The notes: a model not told the origin generated them from the sequence alone. A stretch of 64,000 nt of DNA from Bacteriovoracaceae bacterium UBA3083 (GCA_002366565.1 DFBJ01000012.1:494950-558949), one strand, 5' to 3'. Counted from the first letter of the stretch, positions 1-10,088 are shown. Numbers and translations are program-made.

Positions 1-9
1 ATCAAAAGA

Positions 10-933
10 ATGAATACAAGAAAAGTTGTAATTATTGGATCGGGCCCTGCTGGATACACTGCTGCACTTTATGCCTCTAGAGCAAACTTAAACCCTCTAG
101 TAATTGAGGGGCACGAGCCAGGTGGTCAATTAACAACGACAACTGACGTTGATAACTTCCCAGGTTTTCCAGAAGGAATCATGGGTCCAGAATTAATGGC
201 CAACATGAAAAAGCAAACATTGAGATTTGGAACTGAATATCTTCAAACTCATGTAACTGCTGTTGACTTAAGTAAGAGACCATTCAAAATTACTTGTGAA
301 AATGGTGATGAGATGATGGCCGAATCAGTTATTATTTCAACTGGTGCTAGTGCTAAGTATTTAGGTCTTCCTAATGAAAAAGAATTAATCGGTAAAGGTG
401 TTAGTGCTTGTGCTACTTGTGATGGTTTCTTCTATAGAGATCAAATTGTACACATTGTTGGTGGTGGAGATACTGCCATGGAAGAAGCGACATTCTTAAC
501 TAAGTTTGCAAAGAAAGTTTACGTTGTTCATAGAAGAGACTCTTTAAGAGCATCTAAGCCTATGCAAGAACGTGCTTTTAATAATGAAAAAATTGAATTT
601 GTATGGAATAGTGCAGTTTCAGAAATTATCGCTGACGAGACAGGTGTTACTTCTATAAAGGTAACAAATACTGAAACAGGTGAAGTTACTGAACGTCCAA
701 CAAATGGTCTATTTATGGGAATTGGGCACACGCCAAATACTGGTTTCCTAAACGGACAAATTGATACAGATGAGCACGGTTTCATTATCACTAAAGGTGA
801 GCATCCTGATACAAATATTCCGGGTGTTTTTGCTTGTGGTGATGTTCAAGATAGTTACTACCGCCAAGCAATTAGTGCTGCGGGAAGTGGTTGTCAGGCA
901 GCAATTAGAGCTGAAAGATTTTTAGAAGAATAG
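10..933 (+). CDS. trxB: thioredoxin-disulfide reductase
   Basis: 307 aa. It has an N-terminal FAD-binding GSGPAG motif and the redox-active CATC motif (…SACATCDGFF…). Length and motif layout are typical of low-Mr TrxR. Confidence 0.9.
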   Translation: MNTRKVVIIGSGPAGYTAALYASRANLNPLVIEGHEPGGQLTTTTDVDNFPGFPEGIMGPELMANMKKQTLRFGTEYLQTHVTAVDLSKRPFKITCENGDEMMAESVIISTGASAKYLGLPNEKELIGKGVSACATCDGFFYRDQIVHIVGGGDTAMEEATFLTKFAKKVYVVHRRDSLRASKPMQERAFNNEKIEFVWNSAVSEIIADETGVTSIKVTNTETGEVTERPTNGLFMGIGHTPNTGFLNGQIDTDEHGFIITKGEHPDTNIPGVFACGDVQDSYYRQAISAAGSGCQAAIRAERFLEE

Positions 934-942
934 ATAATATAT

Positions 943-966
943 AAAGAGCTGGTTTAACCAGCTCTT
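943..966. terminator. rho-independent terminator (bidirectional hairpin) after trxB
   Basis: The hairpin is agagctgg-tttaa-ccagctct followed by tttattattt. It lies between the convergent trxB and the 970..2712 gene. Confidence 0.5.
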
Positions 967-969
967 TTA

Positions 970-2712
970 TTATTTACTTGCCCTTTGTCCAAATCTCTTA
1001 TTAATTCTAAGCACATTATATCTATTACTAATAACTTGAAAAATTGAGACTTCAGGTTTTTCTACAATTTGATTATCATCATAAATATACTCTTCACCTT
1101 CAGCTAAACCACTCTGAACATCAAGCTCATCACCAAGTGAACTATCATTATCACCTTCTAATTCAAGCCCCAAAGTTCCGAGAGAACTTTTCATATTAGA
1201 TAGATTTTTCAAACTACTCATTGATGATGAGAGTTTTTTCTTATCTTCTTTAAGCTCATTTGGAACATCTCCCTTATCAATAAGAGACGATATTCTGTCC
1301 ACATCAGGAAGGGCCATACTTTCTCCAAAAGATGAAGATAGGCTAGCATTTTCATTACCATAATTCTTTTTCAAAAAGGCCTTCATTTGTTTATTCTCAT
1401 CAAACATCTCGGCCTGAGCATCGCTTAATCTTCCTTTATCTTTTAATTGTTGAAGAACTCTCTGCTTAAAAGCACCTGCTCGATTTAAGTCCTTATCAAT
1501 GGCTAAACTAACACCACTATCAGAAAGGTTTAAATCTCCACTTAATCTCGCATCAGCTCTTTCTAATGCTCCAGTTAACCCAGATTTTCCAACGGCACTC
1601 GAGACAGTAGGACTTCCAAAAGAAACATTAAATGTTGGACAAGTTTTCCCAGAGTCATTACAACATTCTGTTGTAGGAACAGCTTCACACATATCAACTT
1701 CTGCAGCAGTTAAGTTCTTATTTGAAAAGCTATTGGCCTCACCATTAGCTTTAACATTTATAGGAGCTCCAGTACTGCCGTTAATAGCAAGTTGTGTAGA
1801 CAATGTCGTACTATCAATATGCTTCTTATTAAAAAAGTCCATATACTTATTAAGTATATTTTCTAGCTTTTCAGCTTCACTTTCATATTTATCTCTTGCA
1901 CTTGAAGCTGCATTTTTCATTTTTGTTCCAAGCACAAGTGATACAGTTGCACTTGCAGCAACCCAGCCTGCACACTTAACCTTATCCATTTGAACATTAG
2001 GTGGAATTGCATAAACTACGGCTTCAATAGCGGCAATTCCTAGAGATAATGAATACATAGTAACTTCTTGCTTATAACCATCTTCTCTAATTTTTGCAGA
2101 CTGTGCTCCTGCTAATAAAATTTGCCTATAGGCCTGCATTAACTTTATTTGCATTTCATAAGACGTACCCTTTGTACGCTCATTCTCCTCAATTAATGCA
2201 TCAAGGTTTTGTTTTGAAATTTTTAAAGTTTCCTTAACTTGTTTTTCCATATTTCTGTCATTCATAAATGACATTACACCTGTAGCAATTGACATCATTC
2301 CAGAAATACACATATTACTAAAAACATCTTTGGCGCTCTTAGCTGCACTATAAGCTTCATACAACTTATATGCTGCAATACCTGCACTAACAACAGATTT
2401 TGCAGTACCAACTTTTTGAATAGCTTTTTCTTTTTTGGATAGTTCAATATCTGTTGAATCAACTTGAGACTTAGGGTCCTGATCAAAACTTTGAACCATT
2501 TCATTACAAGAGTCTTTTCCGGCACCATCTGCTTTAGAGTCACACATCTTCTGCTTTTCATTAACTCTATTATCGTCTGCAGCATTTAGACATTGCTCTA
2601 CGGTTTCGTTCCAAATTAGTCCATCAGTACATTCTTCAGCAAGTCCAGAAGAGCTAGTACCAAAGAGGAGAACTAGTAAGAACGGGTAAATGAATCGTTT
2701 ACTAATTTTCAT
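970..2712 (-). CDS. secreted hypothetical protein (signal peptide, Cys-rich N-terminal region, coiled-coil/low complexity)
   Basis: 580-aa ORF. It has an N-terminal hydrophobic signal-like segment (MKISKRFIYPFLLVLLFGTSSSGLA) and several Cys in the first 100 aa. I recognise no conserved catalytic motifs. Confidence 0.5.
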   Translation of the reverse strand: MKISKRFIYPFLLVLLFGTSSSGLAEECTDGLIWNETVEQCLNAADDNRVNEKQKMCDSKADGAGKDSCNEMVQSFDQDPKSQVDSTDIELSKKEKAIQKVGTAKSVVSAGIAAYKLYEAYSAAKSAKDVFSNMCISGMMSIATGVMSFMNDRNMEKQVKETLKISKQNLDALIEENERTKGTSYEMQIKLMQAYRQILLAGAQSAKIREDGYKQEVTMYSLSLGIAAIEAVVYAIPPNVQMDKVKCAGWVAASATVSLVLGTKMKNAASSARDKYESEAEKLENILNKYMDFFNKKHIDSTTLSTQLAINGSTGAPINVKANGEANSFSNKNLTAAEVDMCEAVPTTECCNDSGKTCPTFNVSFGSPTVSSAVGKSGLTGALERADARLSGDLNLSDSGVSLAIDKDLNRAGAFKQRVLQQLKDKGRLSDAQAEMFDENKQMKAFLKKNYGNENASLSSSFGESMALPDVDRISSLIDKGDVPNELKEDKKKLSSSMSSLKNLSNMKSSLGTLGLELEGDNDSSLGDELDVQSGLAEGEEYIYDDNQIVEKPEVSIFQVISNRYNVLRINKRFGQRASK

Positions 2713-2879
2713 AACTTACTCACATTCAAAGTGGTATTACATCTACTATTTTCGCTCAAAAGAGAGATATTAAAGAGTAATAATTGATTCTTTTGCTAAT
2801 TACATGTCTTTTCGGTAGGTTAAATAATTTCCGTAGCCAAAATCTCATATTTATAGCGTCAACAAGTATGGGCACTTAC

Positions 2880-4745
2880 TTAAGAAGCTATCTTTCTAAG
2901 AATAAGAGATTCGTCTAAGTCAGCATAAGATTTATCGTACTCCTCTCTCGTTATCCCTTGAGCTTTACAGTAAGAGGCAATAACACCCTCTTTTATCGCT
3001 ACAATATCTAAATCCTGAGTCGCATCTTTGAGAATATTGTGAAAGATTCCGCTTTGTCTTGGATACTCTCCAATTATTGGAAATTCTTTTTGAGGTAGAT
3101 CATCCAAAAATCTTAAATATGGATAATAGTTAATGAGCCTCTCTGTTGTAACTTTGAGCTCCTCAATATTTCCAGGCCAACTATAACTTTCAAATGTATG
3201 CATTACAAATTCAGAAACCCTCTTAGATGGTAGTCCATACTGTGAACAAAGAAGGTCTAGAAAATGATTAACTAAACATGGTATGTCCTCTCTTCTATCT
3301 TTGAGATCAGGTACATGAAAATAGTTCTCAGAAAGAAAGCTATACAAACGTGTATCAAATTTTTCTTTTTCACATAAGTTCATCAGAGAGTTTGTTGATG
3401 TTGTAATAAGTCTAATATCTTCTCTATTTTTAAGTATGCTAAATAGTAAACTTTGACTCTCTATACTCAATTCTGATGGCTCATGGATAATTAGTGAGCC
3501 TCCAGAATAAAGTTCTATTTTTCCAACGTGATCAGAATCCCCTATCAACTGAACTTCTAAGTCCTTCTCATCAATAATAGACTCACAAAAAAGTGCTCCA
3601 ACAGGCATCTTACTTCTCGCACTACTGTGGTGTATCTTCTTACCAATATGTATCTTACCGACTCCGTGACTTCCTTCAATTAGGACATTTTCAACATGAG
3701 CACCCTGGCCATGAATAAATTCATTAACATTATCCATACCTTTACTACGTCCAATAATTACAGAATTATCAACATAACCTATATTATCTTCGAGGTGAGA
3801 AACAAACTCAGTTTTATCGAGATCACCAAAACAGAGTGTAAATATATTACTAAAAAGCTCTATGACAGAAAGATCTCTTTCACTATAGTTCTTAGATTTA
3901 TCAAAATTAATAAATTCAAAGAAGCCACATGCTTTGCCTTGCGAGTCTAAAACAGGAAAGTATAGAGCACTAGAGTAATCCTCCCCGCTTTTATTTAGTG
4001 GCATAGATGGAAAATTATCTAAATTTAAATCTCCAGACGATCTAATAATCTTGAAGGACTTCTTAGTTAAAACATCATTAGCGAGTTCTTGATTTTCAAG
4101 AGATGAATATTTATGAAACTCTTCATTATCAATATCATAACTATATAAATGGTCTCTTTTCTTATTTAGTAAAAATATTCTTCCAACTTCTGATTTAGAA
4201 AACCTACAACTCTCTTTAAAAATCATTTTAAGAAAATCGCTAATTCCTTTAAACTGCTTCATATCTAAAAATAGAGACAGAGACAAAGATAGTTTTTGTC
4301 CATCAGTAAATGTATTTATACGACTTTCATTAATAAGAAGAGTTATTAAGTGTTTTTTTAATCTACGGGTGCTAAAGCTAGATATAAATGAAGAAATGAA
4401 TTCCTTCCCATTATCTTGATCTTCAGTAAAGAATTCAATCCCATAGAGATAACTCTCAATTTCACCGAAAACATTATACTTAGGAATAAACCTTGCGACC
4501 TTTGAAGAGACATGAAAATGGTGGCCTTTGAATTTAAACTCTAACTCTAATATACCATCCTTCTCGAATGTCATACCAGACTCGAATGCTACACCAGAGA
4601 GGCTCACATTTGTTAATTTCCAAGAACTACTATCGTAATGAACAGGGTTCCCATTGTACTTAATTATATCCATAGTAATCTTGTCACTTTCAGTGACAGG
4701 AATTCGAAATGATCGATAAGACTTAAGTTTTACAATGTTATTCAT
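2880..4745 (-). CDS. PilZ-like N-terminal domain protein with GAF-like middle and degenerate sigma54-activator-type AAA+ domain (putative c-di-GMP effector)
   Basis: 621 aa. The N-terminus has YRSFR followed by NVSLSGVAF, matching the PilZ RxxxR…(D/N)xSxxG pattern. The C-terminal half aligns to the NtrC-family sigma54-interaction domain: GSHGVGKI resembles the Walker A GESGTGKE, and RREDIPCLVNHFL…WPGNIEEL resembles RxEDI…WPGNVREL. The GAFTGA loop is absent. It is a paralog of the divergent neighbour at 4835..6541. Confidence 0.6.
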   Translation of the reverse strand: MNNIVKLKSYRSFRIPVTESDKITMDIIKYNGNPVHYDSSSWKLTNVSLSGVAFESGMTFEKDGILELEFKFKGHHFHVSSKVARFIPKYNVFGEIESYLYGIEFFTEDQDNGKEFISSFISSFSTRRLKKHLITLLINESRINTFTDGQKLSLSLSLFLDMKQFKGISDFLKMIFKESCRFSKSEVGRIFLLNKKRDHLYSYDIDNEEFHKYSSLENQELANDVLTKKSFKIIRSSGDLNLDNFPSMPLNKSGEDYSSALYFPVLDSQGKACGFFEFINFDKSKNYSERDLSVIELFSNIFTLCFGDLDKTEFVSHLEDNIGYVDNSVIIGRSKGMDNVNEFIHGQGAHVENVLIEGSHGVGKIHIGKKIHHSSARSKMPVGALFCESIIDEKDLEVQLIGDSDHVGKIELYSGGSLIIHEPSELSIESQSLLFSILKNREDIRLITTSTNSLMNLCEKEKFDTRLYSFLSENYFHVPDLKDRREDIPCLVNHFLDLLCSQYGLPSKRVSEFVMHTFESYSWPGNIEELKVTTERLINYYPYLRFLDDLPQKEFPIIGEYPRQSGIFHNILKDATQDLDIVAIKEGVIASYCKAQGITREEYDKSYADLDESLILRKIAS

Positions 4746-4771
4746 AAGTTATACACCCTAAAGTAGACCTT

Positions 4772-4831
4772 TTATTTATCGGAAAAATTCTCTTTTTACT
4801 TAAACTATTAGAGATAAAAAACCGATAAATA
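4772..4831. promoter_or_regulatory. 10-bp perfect inverted repeat (tatttatcgg … ccgataaata) in divergent promoter region
   Basis: The arms are at 4772-4781/4782 and 4822-4831, separated by about 39 bp. They sit between the start codons of the two PilZ/sigma54-like paralogs, making this a candidate shared operator. Confidence 0.4.
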
Positions 4832-4834
4832 GCC

Positions 4835-6541
4835 ATGGGAAATGGTATAAATAACTTTAAATTCTATAGGTCCTTCAGAGTACGTTCAGAAATGAACGAT
4901 AAAATCTTTTTAAAGATTTCACTTATTGGAGAGAATAATATTCCAAGAACATTGAGTACTGACACTCGTTTAGTAGACTTCAATCTCTTTAGTCTTTCAT
5001 TTAAATCAAGTGTTCAAATTCCAATTGGTTCAAAAATTAAAATAGAAATATTCACCAAAAAGATTTTTAATAAATGGGACCTTGAAGTTGAAGGTATCGT
5101 AATAAGAAGTTTTCAAGAAAACACAGAAAAAAGAACCTATAATTATGGTGTAGAACTTATTGATCAATCTGAAGAGTCTGAACTTAAGTATTTTATAACA
5201 GACTATATCTCGGGTTTCTCTGGAAAGAAGCTCAAAGATTTTCTAGTTAAGTCTTCACTTTCAGTGAGAGAAATAAATGTTGATGATGGAGTGGAACTCT
5301 TTGGCCTTCTAACAGTTCTCTATCGAGAGTTTAGCACAGCTAATATAAATGATATTCTAGATCAGTGCGCACAGATTCTTCACTGTGAAGAAGTCAGAGT
5401 GTGGAAAATAAATGTTGAAAAAGACAAATTAGAAAATATCTACCATGACTCTAATTGTACTCATATAAAAGACAATTCTTTTAATAAGGGAGAACTAGGA
5501 AAGTGCTTTACTACATCTAGGTGTATTAATACTTTTTTGAAAGAGCCCAAAGAAAGAGAAGAAGATAAATTCACACTTGAAAATACACTATGCCTACCTC
5601 TTTTAAATAAAGAAAGAAAATGCATAGGAGTACTGCAATTCAACAATAAAAAAGGCGGTCAATTCTCAATTGCTGATGAGAATATGGGAAACTTCCTCTC
5701 TCTTGTTGTTGCTAAGAAGTTTTTTAACTTTGTAGTTAAAAGTAAATCAACCTCCATTGCACATTTAAACCCAGAGTTAAAAGATGTCTTTATCTACTTC
5801 GGCTCTACACAAAAGTCTTCGGCCATTAGATCTACTTTAAAAAAGCTTAAGTATGGAAAAACAAATGTAAATATTGTTGGAGAGAAAGGTCTAGGAAAAG
5901 ACTTCTTTGCAAAGTACTTATCTAATAATTCTGAAAAAGATATATTTAACTGTGAAGATCCAAAACAACTGAATAAAATAATCAACGAAACGCCACAATT
6001 CTCAAGCAGTCAAACATTGATCTTAAAAAACATAGATAAGCTCTCAGTCGACGATCAAAAGTCACTTTATAACTGGATACAATTCCAGGACTGTAAATTT
6101 ATCACTACAAGCTGTAGAGATTTAATTTATGAAGTTCAGATCGGTAAATTTAATAAATTACTTTTTAAGAAGTTAACACAATCTAGGTTTCATCTAACTC
6201 CTCTCAGAAATAGAAGAGAAGATATATTAACGATTGCAAAATATTTTATAAAAATAGAATGTAGAAAAAGAAATCTACCATTAAGAGAGCTTAGCCCTGA
6301 AAGTATGCAATTTGTAATGACTCATAACTGGCCAGGAAACATAACAGAGCTAGAGAAACTTATTAAGAAAAGCTTTATGACATCAAATAACAATACAGAG
6401 AACATTGAGTTAGAAGTAAAAGATATTCGAGGCTTTAAAAGTATAGAAGAAAAGTTAATCTTCTCATCAGACAATAGTATTCATCCAGATAAAATAATGG
6501 AAATGATAAATAACTCAATAAAGACAGGAAAAGCATCCTGA
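4835..6541 (+). CDS. PilZ-like/degenerate sigma54-activator-type AAA+ domain protein (paralog of 2880..4745)
   Basis: 568 aa. The N-terminus has the same FKFYRSFRVRSEM motif. The C-terminal region has VNIVGEKGLGKDF (Walker-A-like) and RREDILTIAKYFI…WPGNITELEKLI (sigma54-activator signature). GAFTGA is absent. Confidence 0.6.
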   Translation: MGNGINNFKFYRSFRVRSEMNDKIFLKISLIGENNIPRTLSTDTRLVDFNLFSLSFKSSVQIPIGSKIKIEIFTKKIFNKWDLEVEGIVIRSFQENTEKRTYNYGVELIDQSEESELKYFITDYISGFSGKKLKDFLVKSSLSVREINVDDGVELFGLLTVLYREFSTANINDILDQCAQILHCEEVRVWKINVEKDKLENIYHDSNCTHIKDNSFNKGELGKCFTTSRCINTFLKEPKEREEDKFTLENTLCLPLLNKERKCIGVLQFNNKKGGQFSIADENMGNFLSLVVAKKFFNFVVKSKSTSIAHLNPELKDVFIYFGSTQKSSAIRSTLKKLKYGKTNVNIVGEKGLGKDFFAKYLSNNSEKDIFNCEDPKQLNKIINETPQFSSSQTLILKNIDKLSVDDQKSLYNWIQFQDCKFITTSCRDLIYEVQIGKFNKLLFKKLTQSRFHLTPLRNRREDILTIAKYFIKIECRKRNLPLRELSPESMQFVMTHNWPGNITELEKLIKKSFMTSNNNTENIELEVKDIRGFKSIEEKLIFSSDNSIHPDKIMEMINNSIKTGKAS

Positions 6542-6585
6542 AACGAGTACTACTATTTATAATTCTCATTCAGGCCAAAGCAGTC

Positions 6586-7113
6586 ATGGCCTCGATTACA
6601 CTTACGAGTGTTGAAGGATCGTCCTTTAAATACTCTCCTATAAGTAATAAATTTTCTAAGATAAAAGTACAAACTCCCCTTTATGAAAATGAAGTGATAA
6701 CAACCAGTAAAAAAGGGCTCACAGTCATCGACTTCAATGATGAAGTGATTGGCACAGTAGTGCTTGCTCCAAATACACAAGTGATATTAAGAAAGTCTAA
6801 TAGCGATGGTGTCAGACTGCTAAGTTTGATACGTGGACATATTAGACTTTATAGAGATAAAGAGTATGAGCAAAAAAAGGTTGGAGTACTCATTAATATA
6901 AGAGATAACCCTACCGCTTACCATGGTACTCATTATGAAATTCAATACTCTGAATCGACTAAATTAGTTACTAGTTTTAACAGTGATTTAAAAAAATATA
7001 AGCTAAATAAGAGCACTGTAACTTCAAAAGTTAATAAACCTGATACAGAGAAGACCGAGCAGCTCGATCAAGAGTTAGATGAAGATCTAAAATTCTTACT
7101 CGAAAATACCTAA
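6586..7113 (+). CDS. hypothetical protein
   Basis: 175-aa ORF, 44 bp downstream of and co-directional with the 4835..6541 gene. No recognisable motifs. Confidence 0.4.
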   Translation: MASITLTSVEGSSFKYSPISNKFSKIKVQTPLYENEVITTSKKGLTVIDFNDEVIGTVVLAPNTQVILRKSNSDGVRLLSLIRGHIRLYRDKEYEQKKVGVLINIRDNPTAYHGTHYEIQYSESTKLVTSFNSDLKKYKLNKSTVTSKVNKPDTEKTEQLDQELDEDLKFLLENT

Positions 7114-7261
7114 AAGAATATAAACCAAGTAGTAGAAATCACTTAAAATGGCCATTTATATGGTCCTATATTGCATTTTTTTTTGACAGAGTTCCTCGAT
7201 GTTTGAAAAAATTTATACATAGAATCACGGATCGATTCTGAAAGATACCAAGGAAGGTAAA

Positions 7262-8095
7262 ATGTCATTATTCAGCTATAACACTTTAAGTGTTGAACTA
7301 AGCAAAGAAACGCGAAGTATAAGTATAAAGCTAAATAGACCTGAGGTTCAAAATGCCATCAATACTGAGATGATTTTTGAACTCGAAACACTATTCACGT
7401 GGATATCAACTCACTTAGAAATTAAATCGATCTATCTTACTGGAGCAGGAGAATATTTCTGTAAAGGACTAGATGATAAAGAATTATCAACATGGACTGA
7501 AGAGAAGAGACAGAAGAATTTTGAAAAGCTTCAAAAGCTTATTTATAGTATGTTCTTCTTACCTCAAACTATCATTGCTGACCTAAAAAAAGGGTGTGCC
7601 GGACTAGGACTTGAATTGGCAATGGGAGCAGACGTAAGAGTTGCTCACTCAGATACAAAAGTTGAATTCAACCATCTTTCAAAAGGAATCGTTCCAAGCT
7701 GTGGAGGGATTAGCTTCACAAGTGCTGTTACAAATAACTCAACAGCAAGACAATGGTTACTACTTTCAAAAACTTTAAATGCAAAAGACTTAGTTACTCA
7801 TCATATTACAGTAGAGTCTTACGAAGACTTCTCCCCTGTCCAAAACTATCTAAAAACAATAAACTCACAGCCAGACATTGCGAGAATACAAGCAAAGAGA
7901 AGTCTACTTGAGCCAATTTTAAAGAACCTAGATCAAGGTCTAGAGTGGGAAAAGAAATTTAGTATCGCAGGAATGTGCACTAAGGACTGGAAAGAAATTG
8001 CCATACATGGAGATAGTGCTGAGACAGTTAGTGCTAAAGAGCTCTCATCAAGACTTAAGCGAGAGAGAGCAGAACAAATGAGTAGTGGTCAATAA
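7262..8095 (+). CDS. enoyl-CoA hydratase/isomerase (crotonase) family protein
   Basis: 277 aa. Its N-terminal pattern (…LNRPEVQNAIN…, GAGEYFCKGLD, GCAGLGLELAMGADVRVA) is typical of the crotonase fold. Confidence 0.7.
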   Translation: MSLFSYNTLSVELSKETRSISIKLNRPEVQNAINTEMIFELETLFTWISTHLEIKSIYLTGAGEYFCKGLDDKELSTWTEEKRQKNFEKLQKLIYSMFFLPQTIIADLKKGCAGLGLELAMGADVRVAHSDTKVEFNHLSKGIVPSCGGISFTSAVTNNSTARQWLLLSKTLNAKDLVTHHITVESYEDFSPVQNYLKTINSQPDIARIQAKRSLLEPILKNLDQGLEWEKKFSIAGMCTKDWKEIAIHGDSAETVSAKELSSRLKRERAEQMSSGQ

Positions 8096-8096
8096 T

Positions 8097-8999
8097 TTAA
8101 AATCTATAAAGGGGGCGAATCTCATGAGTCTTAAGCTCTTCCATCGCCTCTTTAAGATTCATTGTCATACCTAGGAGAAAGCCTCCTCCACCAGCACCAC
8201 ATAATTTTAAATAGAAATTATCATGCTCTAAACCAGTTTTCCATAACTCACTATAGAGGTTAGGAATCATCGGTCCAAAGTGTTTAAATTGAAAATCAGA
8301 CAGCTCTCTAAAGTTTTTAAAGAGGTTTTCTTTGTCATTGCTTAAAAATGATTCAATACAGCTATTTGTAATTGGAGCAAGAACGTTGTCACATAGGTTT
8401 TCAAAAGACTCTGTTTTGCACTTCTCTAAAAATAAATTCACTAGAGGTTCAGTTCTTCTAGGTCTACCAGTATTTAATAAAAAGATAGCACCTTCTCCAC
8501 TGCTCTTAGGTATATCTACCTTTTGATACTCACGAGATGCTGTCGTTAAAATAGGGCTATTAAAGTAACTAATAAGAGGATCAAAACCACTACTAGAGCC
8601 ATGAAAGTGTGATTCAAATTGAGCAAACACATTCTTTAAGTATCCAAGATTGGCACACTCTTGCTCACTGCAGGTAGAATAGTTCGCAAATATAGAAGCA
8701 ACAACGGCCCCAGAGCTACCTACTCCATAACCTTGTGGAATAGATGAATCAAAGAAGATTCCCTGCCCGATATCAAACTCAAAACTAGAAAGATCCATAG
8801 GGCATAGAAGCTCGCCTCTAGATTCTAGGTTTTTTAAATACTGACAAAAAGCACGAAGCTCACCATCTACCCTATCTTTCTTCTCTCGTGGAAAAGTTAG
8901 CTTTCCTTCAAAGAGCTGATACGGAACGGCCAATGCCATTGAATTTCTAATAATAGAATACTCTCCAAATAGGAGCACCTTGGAATAGAATGAGTCCAT
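8097..8999 (-). CDS. GHMP-family kinase, candidate mevalonate kinase
   Basis: 300 aa. It has a GHMP ATP-binding Gly/Ser-rich loop (GYGVGSSGAVVASIF) and an N-terminal LLFGEYSII motif. It is the last gene of the mevalonate operon. Assignment as MK versus PMK is by length and position only. Confidence 0.55.
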   Translation of the reverse strand: MDSFYSKVLLFGEYSIIRNSMALAVPYQLFEGKLTFPREKKDRVDGELRAFCQYLKNLESRGELLCPMDLSSFEFDIGQGIFFDSSIPQGYGVGSSGAVVASIFANYSTCSEQECANLGYLKNVFAQFESHFHGSSSGFDPLISYFNSPILTTASREYQKVDIPKSSGEGAIFLLNTGRPRRTEPLVNLFLEKCKTESFENLCDNVLAPITNSCIESFLSNDKENLFKNFRELSDFQFKHFGPMIPNLYSELWKTGLEHDNFYLKLCGAGGGGFLLGMTMNLKEAMEELKTHEIRPLYRF

Positions 9000-10088
9000 C
9001 TATAAAAACCTTTCGGGACCAGAACCTACTTTGTCATGAATTATTAATCCACCTTGAGCAAGAGGAGTTAATTCATTTATCATAAACTCATTAATTTCAT
9101 TTTTTATACTTTCTGGATAAAGAATATGTACATTTGGACCTGCATCCAACGTAAAGCAAATAGGTAAACCTGTTTCACTTCTAAATGCTCTTATCTTTTC
9201 TATAACTGCTAAAGTATTTGGTCTCATCAGTGTATAACTAGGAGATGAATTCATCATCAACCCATGAAGCTCGAGAGCTTCAGTTTCAACGATTTCACAA
9301 AATTGATCAACATCTCCAGATTTCATAACCTCAACGAGTAAGGCAAGTTGATCATTAGCATGCTTAAATCTTACGTCTCTAAAAGGGTGCGCCTCCATTA
9401 AAGCATGTCCGGCCCTAGAGCTAACCGCTTTTTCACCAGCATCAACAATTACAATAGAGTCTTGATACGTTTTAAATACGTCAGCAATACCTTCAACTGT
9501 TGCGGCCTTCTCATCAGTAGACTTAATATCTTCAAGATCCGATTTTCCCCAACTCACGATTCCAGGAAATACAGAACGTGAAGCACTACCTGAAGCTAGC
9601 CTTGCAATATATGTGGCCTTATCTAATATTTCTTCTTCACTTTGATTTAAGTCAAATGCCTGATCTTCGATTGTACATAATCCAAGAGCTAGAGCAGACA
9701 TACTTGAGGCACTAGAAGCGATTCCAGCAGAATGAGGAAATGAGTTCGTTGACTCAATCTCTAGACTTAAATATTTTAAGAATGGAAAGAGTTCAAAGTT
9801 ATCTTCTAAAAATTTTCTAATTTTATTTTCGAAGGCTTCATTTTTCTTATTTTCAAAATAGAAGTCTAAAACAATTTCATCTTTACCACCGTCTTTAATA
9901 GACCATGAAAAATCCATAGTTGTTTTTGATTCATTTAGAGTAAAACTAATAGATGGATTACAAGGTAATTGCTTACCATGTTTACCCCAATACTTAATTA
10001 GAGCAATATTTGATGGAGAGGTCCAAGAGACTCTTCCCGTGTCTTCTATTAATTCTTTCTTCGTATACTTTTTAATGTAGGAATTCAT
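9000..10088 (-). CDS. mvaD: diphosphomevalonate decarboxylase
   Basis: 362 aa. The N-terminal …SPSNIALIKYWGK… and GIASSASSMSALA are GHMP-fold MVD signatures. It lies within the mevalonate operon. Confidence 0.8.
   Translation of the reverse strand: MNSYIKKYTKKELIEDTGRVSWTSPSNIALIKYWGKHGKQLPCNPSISFTLNESKTTMDFSWSIKDGGKDEIVLDFYFENKKNEAFENKIRKFLEDNFELFPFLKYLSLEIESTNSFPHSAGIASSASSMSALALGLCTIEDQAFDLNQSEEEILDKATYIARLASGSASRSVFPGIVSWGKSDLEDIKSTDEKAATVEGIADVFKTYQDSIVIVDAGEKAVSSRAGHALMEAHPFRDVRFKHANDQLALLVEVMKSGDVDQFCEIVETEALELHGLMMNSSPSYTLMRPNTLAVIEKIRAFRSETGLPICFTLDAGPNVHILYPESIKNEINEFMINELTPLAQGGLIIHDKVGSGPERFL

Noticed and set aside
528-791. 87-aa minus-strand ORF inside trxB
   Set aside because: It is entirely embedded antisense in a well-supported conserved gene, so it is an ORF-finder artefact.
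1499-2585. ORFs 1499..1993 (+) and 2295..2585 (-) overlapping the 970..2712 gene
   Set aside because: They are nested within or antisense to a longer ORF that has a signal peptide. They have low-complexity translations and no RBS support.
3696-3950. 84-aa plus-strand ORF inside the PilZ/sigma54-like gene, and similar short nested ORFs elsewhere
   Set aside because: This antisense nested ORF is typical of AT-rich genomes and has no independent evidence. The same reasoning rejects the similar nested ORFs at 5461..5646, 5794..5985, 8332..8526, 10416..10680, 14260..14451, 15714..15959, 17202..17447, 17895..18140, 20339..20533, 24207..24392, 24831..25091, 25025..25534, 25056..25286, 26848..27078, 29885..30076, 34852..35037, 35727..35966, 36280..36462, 40719..40974, 41061..41249, 41514..41711, 42412..42618, 43312..43557, 44146..44349, 44793..45008, 47959..48141, 52148..52348, 57331..57531, 58043..58243, 60988..61299, 61031..61213, 61469..61708, 61800..62036 and 62529..63224.
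6553-6780. 75-aa minus-strand ORF overlapping the start of 6586..7113
   Set aside because: It competes with a longer co-directional ORF that continues the upstream operon. It has no RBS and an odd composition.
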